Shown here piece by piece: positions 23,876 through 35,600 of a DNA stretch of 64,000 nucleotides (position 1 is its first letter; each line of letters starts with the position of its first letter). The notes under the pieces are model-generated. The model did not search any database and had not been told where the DNA came from. It saw nothing but the letters and a program-made list of their open reading frames with translations. The position numbers were made by a program, and so were the translations under genes. Source of the DNA: Squalus acanthias (Eukaryota); the NCBI GenBank assembly GCA_030390025.1, contig CM059437.1:66588001-66652000 (forward strand). The letters are read 5' to 3'.

Positions 23876-26337
23876 AAAGAGTAATGACTGCAGAATAACC
23901 TATATTAATTAAATAGCCACTGATGCTTAAAGTCATTTCTGTCTTCTCTTAGTTGAACAGGACTGCAGTGGTCATTTTTTAGCTCGATACCTTTTCGATT
24001 AGGATTAAAATTGAATTTTGAAGAAGAATCTCCACACCTGTTCAGGAGATTAATCGTTTTAACATAATGTTGCAGCGCCAGAAAAAGGCAAAATGTTATT
24101 TTTTAAGACACACACGTTACCTGTCAATGGACCTCACGCCGATTAAAGATAGGAGCTTTTGATGATTATCTTGTTTCATAAATACCTGAGCTCGGATACG
24201 TTACCTTCGGTGCGACCTTGCGCCCGCCTCCAGCCCAAGAAAAAAAAGTGTATTTTCAGTTTGAATGACCTTATTGAGAGTTTATTGACGGCAGTTAAAT
24301 GAGCTCCAAAAAGGTCTGCATTTTTTAACTGTCAGACCCGGGTACAGATATGCTTGTGATCAAAGGCTGCACTTTGGCGTGTAAGTTTATAGCAGTCGGG
24401 GGAAACAATACCCAACATTATCCCCGAGGAAATGTCTGCCCCAGGAAGAAAACGAAGCGCCAGGAAACTATTTCTGGATTGAAGAATATTCCTGGACCGG
24501 TTTACAAAAAAAAAATATCGGGAGGATAAAAATGCAATTGCTAACGAAGATTAGTATCAAATACGATCAAACTATCCGCCAGACCAAAACGAATCGACTT
24601 GTTTAACGAATCGGAAGAGGTGCCTTTCTGTTCAATAATCAGTAACTGAGGAGATGAAATGTTATGGCAGATTAATTTAAAGAACCAAGAGAATGCATTT
24701 CTAATAAAGTTATACCGAAGACTGTCTGTCGTTTAGCCCCACAGCCTGTAACATGTCTACACTCAGCGATTCGGTTGATTAGCTAATGGCAAAACGGTAC
24801 CAATGAATATTTGCATAGGTATGGATTATGAACTAAATTTGCAGAACTGGAAGGCATGTGTTATTCCAGCACGGTACTTGTTCTAATCCGTAATTCAGTA
24901 GATGGTAAGGAATGTTTTTTTACAACCACTATATCAGCCCCAATATCAACATGGGCTTAAAATACCCATAGGTTGCGATACTGAAAGGACATCTATTCCA
25001 ATCAACAATTGTTAATATGTAATTAAAAAGCGATCGCGAATAACTCCACTCTATCTTAGCACCTCAGTTGAACTAATTAGTATTTCTTGGAAATAAATCT
25101 GCCGTTTGGCTGGTTTCAGGTACGGGGAATGATACTGTGTGAAACAAAACCGGCACAACCATAGAATCCCTCGAAGTGCAAACAACTTCTGCCATTCGGA
25201 AACAGAATGAAAGCCGTACGATATCAAATCACATTAAGTGAATTTCGCAAGTCAATAACTTGACTTAACAAGTTACAAAGGCACCATTAGGTAATAGGTT
25301 TAGAAGAATAATGCCTTTACAATCCAATAATGAAGCGTTCACTTTTAAATGAACCGCAAAAGCATCTCCGAAATAGGACGGGTGACACTCGGAACGCTGT
25401 CTTTCTCTCTGTCAATTCAGATACTGACTGACCTGCTGTAAAATATAACTCTTGGGATTGCCTGTGTTTCTATCTGATTGCATTCACTTGCTTAGATTTA
25501 CATACTTGCACCCTTACCTGTACGATAGTTTTGTTCTATTTGTTAGGTCGCTTGTAAGGGAGGCGATATATGTTCCGGGTCTTGCTGTTTTAAAATTAGC
25601 GTGATAACATCTTCTTTATTGTTAACTCAAGCCGCCACATCTTTCTTTCCCAGGCCTACAATAATTGCAGAGATTGTGAATGCAAAGACAATTTTAATAT
25701 GATACTGTTGGCGGGGACGTAATCTTTAAATTCAAATACATCAACATGCCGTCCAAAGTAATTGTTAACATTTTGTTCTTGAATAAGTTTTTATTGCTGT
25801 TGGTCGCGTTCCCCAGTCAGGAAGTGGCTTTAAATGTATTTGGGAAAGGTTCTGATTGTGGATATAATATATATATATATATATGTATTTCAGCCAAGTA
25901 AACTTAAGTTGCACAGCTGCAGTGCTGCTTGTATTTTTTTGGTAATGCTGTACCATCTAACTTGGCGCAGATGATGCCTTGTTCGACTCGTGACCACCAT
26001 TCCTGCCATACTGGTACCACTGACAGGGCTTGTCAGGATCAACTTGACAGTCAGCCCGTTCGCAGAGACTTGGCCGCTAAAACCAAGTAGACAGCACACG
26101 TGTTCGAGAGGGGCAGTCGACCTGCTACTAACCTTAACGCGAATGCCTCACCTTATCCTCTGTCGGACATTTGCGGTACTGATAGGTGGGCTCAACTATA
26201 GGTACATCATTTGTCAAAATAAACTGAACATGGGAAAAACCGTGAATTCTAACACATAACCGATGGGTTGAAAATCAGCGGGCCAATTCTAAAGTGCACA
26301 AAAATCTTCTGAAACCAATATTGTAGAGTGTGTAATC

Positions 26338-26573
26338 AAAACAGAAAATGCTGGAAATACTCAGCAGGTCAGACAGCATCTGTAGAGAGAAAAGTCGATG
26401 ACCCTTCGCCAGAGGATAAGGTTCACTCACTGTCAAACTGATCCTGAAGAAAGATCATCGACCTGAAACGTTAACTCTGTTTCTCTCTCTACAGATACTG
26501 CCTGACCTGCTGAGTGTTTCCAGTATTTTCTGTTTTTATTTCAGATTTCCAGCATCCGCAGTATTTTGCTTTT
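26338..26573. mobile_element. Penelope-type inverted terminal-repeat element with hammerhead-like core
   Basis: Arms aaaacagaaaatgctggaaatactcagcaggtcag... and ...ctgacctgctgagtgtttccagtattttctgtttt; CTGAAGA...GAAACGTT at 26444-26472. Confidence 0.75.
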
Positions 26574-26778
26574 ATAAAGTCTGTTGGTTGTTTACCCTCC
26601 ATGGTTGGTATTTTTGTCCTCCAGCATTAAAGGGTCTATGACGGTTTTCTGGTAACTATTTTTCCTACTGTATAAATCGGTGACATTTCTTTCGCCACTT
26701 CCATCTCCCGCGGTGTGACATTATTCTATCCACTGCTGAATTATTGGCAGCGCAAAATAACCGCATCTGGACTACTTT

Positions 26779-26881
26779 AAGAAAGAAAGCGCCTTTCGCG
26801 GCCTCGGGACGTCCCAAAGCGCTTTACAGCCAATTAAGCACTTTTTGAAGTGTAGTCACTGTTGTAATGTAGGAAATGCGG
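26779..26881 (-). mobile_element. SacSINE1-like 3' fragment
   Basis: Reverse complement of the 58140-58255 segment. Confidence 0.8.
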
Positions 26882-28889
26882 TTGAACTATTGTAATTCTT
26901 AATTATGACCGCTAGATGCTGCTACTAGATACTGACTGTCCCGGGCAGTGCAGAGCAGCAAGAATGTCCTCATAGACACAGCCCCCAATAACCTGAACCG
27001 AACTCTGGAATCCAGGAGGCGCGAAACGCCACTCCAAATTAATATAGGGAATAACAAAAGAGACTGTGGCAAGCAGAACATTAAAAATAGAAATAGGGTC
27101 AGATAAATCGACAGGAAATTTCGAAAATACGAGAGATTACGAATACAGCTAAAATACAGTCAGAAATAAAGACCAGACAGGACCACGCTGCTGAAAAATC
27201 AACACTTTTCTGTCGAATACCTGGCTAAAAAGTCTAGAATCTAGAAGCAGGCGGTGTGAGTGAGTGAGTGAAGTGCTGCACCAGCAACTAGAAAACAGTA
27301 CAGTAGCAATGGAAAATACAAGACAGTGTCTTTGAGGGGAGCAATGTTAAAAACTGTTAGTTCATTTTCCTATAATCTAGCAGTTGGCAAATTACATAGT
27401 ATTGTCAATACATAGACAAAATATTCAATTTCTTGTCATGTTGATGGGCTCGGTAGTTTTGTTTTATATTTAGAATGTATGAAGCAGTACTTCAAATTGA
27501 GTTTAGGATTTATGGATGTGTTAATGGACAGTATAATGATAATGTGAAACTGGTTGCGTCACAAAGCAATACAAAGTCACATAGCCTAAGGATTAATCAT
27601 TTATGATGAGGAACATTAAGTGGCATTTGCCAGCATATGTAATGTAGACACAGCCGTCCCTGAGATGTTGTAGTTGTGTCGGATCTAAATGATCAGACAC
27701 AATGATAAACTAGGCACATTCTTGCGATAAATCCATTCGACAGAACCTGCAACACAAAAGTGCAGATGCAGAACCTTTAATTGCGTTTTGTGCTAACGGG
27801 ACCCACTTCAATGTTTTGGCTTTATTTACAAAATACTAATATAAACACGTGGCTATTTACTTGAGTAATGAAGTTCTTGCTCGTTCACTATTTCATCATA
27901 GAATTTATTAAAAAGAGAAACATAAACTAGCAACTTTCGGGAAGTATATTCATCCGCTGGTCTTGTCCTTACATCGATGCTATCTATTGTAGAAAATGTG
28001 TATTGTTCTACCATTTAAAAAATGTAAGTACAAGATTAAACACTTCCCATTCGGAATTTGCTCCTATTGCACTATATAGAATTTGGTATAATACTTCCTT
28101 GTGCAATATAAATCCAGTCACATAATGTCATGTTTTGTGCCGTTTCATTACATAGAACATTGCATCTGGTCAGTTCAGCACATACCAGTCACCTGTCGCA
28201 CACGAACAAAGGATCAGTGTTGTATAATAACACGTTTAATTAGTTATAGTTGCAGTTTAGTAATTAAGTGGTCTGTCATATAAATATTAAAATTTGGTAG
28301 ATTTTATAAAGAGTTTATAGACATATTTTTACGATTCAAACAATTAACAAATTGAGATTCAATTATTTATTTCTCATTTGCATATAAAATATACTGTATA
28401 TTTAAATGCACTGAGACTACATGTATAATTCCTCCCTGCATGTTTGAGTAAACGTTTGGTGAATTTTATGTAGATTTAAGGTACACTAATGTAAGGTGTT
28501 CAATCACACTACAGTCTAACGACATCAGAAGTATTTCTATGTTGACAGTTCACAGGATCTGCAGTAAACGGTGAGCATATCCAAAAGCAGATAGGATGGC
28601 AAACTTGCTTACAGCAGTTTCCAGGTGCACGTACTGAAACTTTCTATTTCCAATCCTTTAGTTTGCCATTGTGGTTTCTGTTAGCTCTAAAGGTTTATAA
28701 TGCTCGCTGTTCATTATTCATTTTAGCACGTTGTTTTTTGCTTTAGATTACATCAGAACCCCAAACCACCAAAACCTACCGGAATTGCCAACTTTCAAGT
28801 TCAAAGAAATGAACCCGAATATGAGTTGCAGCCCTTTGCTGGTTTGGGCGAGCAGTTTCAGTGAATTGTGTGTTTCTCTGAAAGATAAG

Positions 28890-29109
28890 GAAAAGAAAGA
28901 CTTGCATTTATATAGCGCCTTTCACGACCACCGGACGGCTTTACAGCCAATGAAGTACTTTTTGGAGTGTAGTCACTGTTGTAATGTGGGAAACGCGGCA
29001 GCCAATCTGCGCACAGCAAGCTCCCACAAACAGCAATGTGATGATGACCAGATAATCTGTTTTTGTTATGTTGAGGGATAAATATTGGCCCCAGGACACC
29101 GGGGATAAC
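28890..29109 (-). mobile_element. SacSINE1-like 3' half
   Basis: Reverse complement of the 58025-58255 segment, CpGs retained. Confidence 0.85.
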
Positions 29110-29502
29110 CAACTGAGCCACAGCTGACACTAGGAATGATATCCGATGAAAATATTTGTAATGCACTTCACAAAACATTTACTTGCTGATAACAAACCTT
29201 GAAGGAACAAGACAATGAGCTTCTTCCAATCTTGTACAAGCGAGTAAACTTCTAACCCTCTCAACTCCACCCCCACCCCCTGCAAAATTCAACTTCTGAC
29301 GAGTGTTACTCCGGAAAAAATGAACTTTTGACCCCCATACCTGAAATATTTCACTTTTCACAATCAGTAATCTTTTATTGCGAGTTTGTAAGGGTAACTA
29401 TTGTTACAGGTTTACTCCAGATTATAGCCTTGTGTCCTCTATGTGTACATTTAAACCACCTTTTTTACCAAATCTGTAAACTTTACGGTTTAGAGTTCAT
29501 CT

Positions 29503-29698
29503 GTCGGGAAGATTTCCTCGGTCGCTGTGTGTAGCCACAGAGGAACATTTTTCGCGAGAATTTCCTCTGTTCGGTATTTCTTCTAGCGAAGTAGTAATAG
29601 AAGGCACTTACCATTTCGCTAGAAATTACGAACAAAGAAATTCTCGATCAACACATTTAGCATGTCCCTACACCGAACGACAGAGGAATTCTTTCCCC
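29503..29698. repeat. Imperfect ~200-bp palindrome (possible ancient MITE or hairpin RNA)
   Basis: cgagaatttcctctgttcggtatttcttctagcgaagtagtaa pairs with ttaccatttcgctagaaattacgaacaaagaaattctcg; outer arms pair more loosely. Confidence 0.75.
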
Positions 29699-32600
29699 AT
29701 AACAATGCTCAATCTTTCGTACCACGGTGAGAAAAACACTATATCGGGCTAATATTTTCGTTGCATTTTCAAGGCAAGATTTCCACATTAATTTCTAAAT
29801 CCGACAGCAGTGAATCACTACTCAGGGAGAGGTGACAAGATGACTGTTGTAGACATCCTTACACCGTTTGTTTGTGTTCACGATGGGATAATGGTTCTGT
29901 CACCAGAACTGTATGAAATAAATGCGCAATATTTGGTTCAATTGTACAACACACTATTGATTGAAGGACGCTTCGTGGGTTTGTAGTTATTGAAATCTGA
30001 AACTTCTGTTTTAACGTTTAGTTGCTTGGGGAAATTTGCAAGTGTACAAAGATCCAGATAGTAACTGCCTTCCAAGGACTCGCCCTATGGCTCGCCCTGC
30101 GCCTGGCTAAGTCACATCGGGGCTATCCGGTTTGCTGCCAACACGCTGGAGCCGTGACTTATCACATTAGAAAGAGACAGAATCATTTTTGCCATTCATG
30201 GTGATGATCCCCGCCTCCCCTCCCCCGACAAAGCGATACCGTAAAGTCCGACTGGTGGCTGTAAGCAACTCGAATTTTGCTAAGTTTGCGGGGCAGACAG
30301 CGTCATGTTTCACAGAAATACGCATCAGTCATATTGCTAAAGCATGACGGACACAGGGGGACACAGTGTGGCAGTGAAGAACGTGGGAGGAGGGATGGAA
30401 GGTATTGCATGACTAGGAAACTCCAACAGTTGCTGTTGTCGGCCACAACTCATTCGATATGAGAATGTGTGACCTCTGTTTCACATCCCTGCCGTGGATG
30501 ATCAAAAGAGACCGATGTGACCCCGAGTCCACGTTTTCCCTACTGCCCCAGTGTTACCCTTACTGATGAACTGAAGGCTACTTGAGGCAGGAGTAGGGCT
30601 AACCTGAACAGACCGATGCACTTGGCGCACTGCAGCTAGCTTTCTGGGATCCTGTTTTGGGTCTGCGTATGTTCTCTTTAAACATTAAAGAGCGATAGAT
30701 GTACTAGCGATTACAACCAGGTTGTCAAGGCGCGCGTGTCTTTGATAGTTAGCAGAAACGACATTCACAGCAAATAACATATCAGAGACACAATCAGAAT
30801 CGAATAGGATGTCTAAATTTGCACAAAGGATATTGTGCAGAATTGACTTTGAAAATGTTGCACACTAATGTACACGCCTGTTAAAAGATGCGGTCTTATT
30901 GATCAGTGAATGGTATGCAACTTTGCAACAGTTGGCTCCGTGAAAAACTAGATGGAAGCCAATTAATCAATGTAATCGTGGCATCTGATTGCATGGTTGG
31001 TCACCTCTCTGATATTCTATTCCCATCCGCGATGACTGGAGCATGATTAATATTAACCCAGAGGTTTTTGTTTTATGAGGCACCGCCAGTTGTTAGAGAA
31101 ACAAATCATAAAATTGCGATCCGGAGATCAATTTGCAGGAGCGGTTATAAACTTTTCATAATCGGGTTCGCCAGTCTGACAGTGTAACCGACAACTGGCC
31201 AAGATGTCCATGATGTGACGTGACCATGCCTTGCAGTGATCGCCCACGGAAGGCTTGCGTGAGATGACAGCGAATGCCAAAGTCAATCCCCCAAGTGCAA
31301 AAAACCATGGCAAGCACGTTTCCATCTTTCAACCGTGCTTAATGTAATAATAATCCCTAAACCATCCGTTCTTAAATTACAGCATCGACTGCATCTCATT
31401 GCTTTCCATAAAAAAAGGTTGTTAATATACAACTCTTTCATAAAATTCAGTTTGCATCTTCATGGCCTGTGATTATATATATGGGGAAGTGAAAACGGAT
31501 CCCTCGATTTGGCTGTGTCGGCAGCATGGGATGTGATGTTGCTTCTGATCGTCTTTCCCAATACTAGTGGCACAGAAATCTATGGAGGAATCGCACAAAT
31601 TGGACATTGGAGCCAGTTTGCTGGTTAATAATTGATTGGGCAGCAGGGGCAGTTCGGAGCCAGGATTTTCTGCTCGCAACTGCTCCACGTTGACAACTTC
31701 ACTACTTCTAAACTCGTCAAACCCCCTTCTCCCTCGGTGTCTCTGTTTATCCCTCTGTCTGTCTCCCTGTCTCCCAGTCTGCCTCTCTCTCTCTCTCTGT
31801 GTGTCTTGTGAGAGGGAGGGGGAAGGGGGAGACGACGGGAGGGTGAGGAAGGTCAGCCAACTTATGTTTTCTCTGCTGAGACCATTAAATCTGTGTATGG
31901 TTCAATAATGATTTGAATGGTTAGCAGAACTCTGAAGTGGCAGCTCGAACATCTGATTACTTAAACGAAGTGTATTAAAATATCACAGAATTACATGCAG
32001 GAAAATGTGTAGTTTTAAGTATTTTTTTGCCTATAGCACATGACACATAAACATAGGAATACGTCACCCACCTCCCCAGGGGTCAAATTGTTGTTTATTT
32101 CTTCGTGAAACACTTAAATGCTTGGCAATAAATAACATCTTCTAATTTGCTATGCGTTAAGGATGAAGTATTATTTCTTTCGAGTTGAGTAGAGGGGTCA
32201 TGAAATCTACAACATAATACAAATGTCTCGTGTTTGAATGTGCAATATGTCTGATCCGAGTCACATTTTTCCTGATTTTTCAACAACTTGTTACCGAGAG
32301 CTTCCTGGCTGCTGCTATGAATACAAGAAATTAGGCCTGAAATTGAAAAATATTGAGCTGTACATGGCGAGAAAGGGGATACTTTCGTGTCCCAAAAGCC
32401 AACTGTGAATTGCAGTGCGTGTCGCTGCCAATTGTTGCTTCGAATGGCGCAGTGCATGGCACCAGGAACCGAAGCCAGCAGCTGCCCACACGCGAAAGCG
32501 ATATATTTTATAGCAATTCAAAGCATGATGTTGCGTGGGGAATCAGCATGGTGATTGTTGGTTAGTTACAATTGGAAGCAACGTTTATGGGGCTGTCGCT

Positions 32601-35600
32601 CAGAATAAACTGACATGCCCTTTCATGTTCCTGGGCCTCCCTTATGTATTCCTTAAGTTCTAGTGGATGCACATACTTTGAGGGGGGTGGGACTCTAAAT
32701 ACTGACAAGCTGAAATGAATTTAGCATCGACTTTACTCCCAGCCATAATCCACAGCAAATCCAATTTGATGATCTTCCTCTGTGCTGGTCAGAAATATGC
32801 TTTGCTTTGCCAGCCAGTTACTAGCCTGCGTTTTCTCAATCAGTGATTCGCGTTGAGTAAAGCACTTCCCAATCTGAGCTCTCTTTGTTTCCTTTCCGTT
32901 CTATCATTTAGTTGTATTCCCTAATGTATTTTTTTCCCCTCTGTGAAGGGTTTACTTCCTTTTATAATTTTCCTAGTTTAACTTGCATCCTAGTTGAATA
33001 CTTTGCGGAAACCAATACCGAACCTGTGGCTCCAGCCCTCAATGTAACTGCATTTGGGTTTTTTTTACACTGAGTGTGGGGGTTCAGTGTTGTCACCTGC
33101 ATACTTTACACGTTATGTGACCGCCTCCCCTGGACTATTCCGGGACGGTGCCCAGCACGCAGATTTAGCATGTAACTTTACGTGGCATGTGCAGAGCAAT
33201 TATCATTGTATTATAATTACTAACTGATTTCAAAGTGGAAGGCTTAAAACCCTGAAAGATAAAGGAAATATACATTATTGGTAGAAATGTGAAACTAGAG
33301 TTTTCCCGCTGGCTTTTCTCCAGTTATTGGTAGATTTTTGGTGAAAGCTGGAGGGCGTTTGTCTTCTTGTACTAAAGGCAGTGAAACAGACGTGTACAGA
33401 TTGCATATTACCAAAATTTTGAAAATGTTTGCTCCCCGCTAAACATAAAACTTCAAAGCTTCCCTACAACAATGACCACTCACAATAACGTGTAGGATTT
33501 ATTCATCTGTTGTGCTCTTTACACATCTGAGTTATTTATGAACAAAAAAAAATATGTGCGCCTAAGCTTTGATTTTCATATAAGGCACTGAAATCATTGT
33601 GCTAGTTAATAGGTTTTTGATTAAATGGCCGGACTTTAATGTGTTCTGTCTTTGGAATTGCCTTATCATGTTCCAAACTGCGGAGACTCGTGTCCTTACT
33701 GAGCCCTCCCACATATTCCCCAAAACGAAAGTCACTTTATCTGGTGGAACAGTGTGAAGCGTGTGTCCACTTACTTGCACGCTGAGCTTCTCTTATCTTT
33801 CCAGCAAGTGTCTCTCCTCAGTTCCCGGGGGCGGGGTGGGGGCGGCTGGGACGGGACAGCAGTTAAAAGAGATGTGTCTATGTAAAATTACAAGCAGCTG
33901 GTTTTTTTTTAAGTAACAAAGATTCCGACATTTTTAAATAACGTAGAGCCAACTAACGCAACGATTATGCGGAATCAGCCGCCATCTTTTTTTGTACCTA
34001 AACACCCTTTACCCTTCTCAAAATACTTGGGAGGAACACACACTGAATATTTGGAAAGAGTGGAAGCGTGTCGTGTCCTAATGCTGTTTTGGGGGTTAAA
34101 CAATTGGCCAAAAATACAGCATTTGATCTTAAATGGAATATAGCAATAGTTTTTACACTTTCTAATGTTGTATCCAGCTGCCTGGGAGACTTTACTAACA
34201 AGCATGATGTCAGTTAATGCGTTGGAAATATATTTTATTTCAGATTAATAAGCCTTATGATTTGGAACATATGCATATTCCATTGGAACCCAGCACTGCA
34301 TTTGCTACAAGAGCCAACATGTTAACGTGGAGATTATTTTCTTGATAGGAATGAGATATTACACATTATTTGCACACAAACAATAATCGTTTTCTGATCG
34401 CTATGCAAATTTAAATACAGAAACTTCGAAATTGATTGAATATGTATTCATGGAATTGGAGCGCTATCAGCCGTAACAGATTTAGACTGACTGTGAAAAT
34501 CTACACAATGTTTAAAGTAACTTTTATATAGTCTTGGATTAAGTCTATATGCTTATATAATAAATATTGCAAGATTTTACTTCACAGATATAGTTGAATA
34601 GTTATGTTCTAGACACAGGTGTAATCTTTGTAGTATAAAACCTGCAGGTAAATATACATTCAGAAAACATTTATATATATATATATATTATATATAAGGC
34701 ACATATTTTTAATTGTTCTGGGAAAAATAGTGGAACATGCAAAATGTTGGACCAAAAAAACCCAGACTGAAACAGCTGGACAGTTACATCATTCCTGCTA
34801 TTAAGGGGCAAAGTAGGAGATTAGTAACGGACTGGATATTTTTGGAGATTGCCACGAATGTGATCATATTCAATGTGCTTTGACATTCTCCTCATTTTCT
34901 ATGTTATAGATCTTGATTGCGAGAGTGGTGTAATTAAATCCATTATTGCTAGAGGAAGAGAGTTTATCCGGACCGCAGCAACTGCGGTTCCTGTTAAAGC
35001 TGCTTTAACTGCTGGGTTTTTTTTCTTTAAAGAATTCAAAAATTGCAAATAGTTAAAAGCTAGAAATGAATGTTTAGCAGTCAAAATGGTGCTGAAGTGT
35101 AAACAACAATAAATTATTGTTGCAGCGGAACAGTAAGTCTAAAAGTTTTCAATTCTTTGCCAACCAAAGCTGCATCTTTGCAAGGCTACCTGAGCTTCTT
35201 TGGATTAATCATAAACGCTGGGCAGTCAGTAATGTGTTGTTACTTACTTTTAATTAATTTTATCATTTACATTTTTAACATCTCGCTTCTCATTGTACAA
35301 GTTTGAAGACTGAATTCTTGGCTGCCGCTGTGAAGATTTCAAAACGCTGCATTTGATGTACCTATTGGGTAACAAACTAAAGCAGAATACCCGTCCTTTC
35401 GTGTACATTACGCCAAATAAGATATCCAAACTTGACATCGCAATCTCCTTTATTATTTATTTCAGATGTGCAGGGTTCCTAGATTTAAAACATATTTTAC
35501 GGATATGGTAAGATTGATCATTATTGCATCAATATGTAATATAATGCTGAAAATATTTTTGTATACTTCTCTGTTACAAAAGTGAGTATGTTTCACGCAA

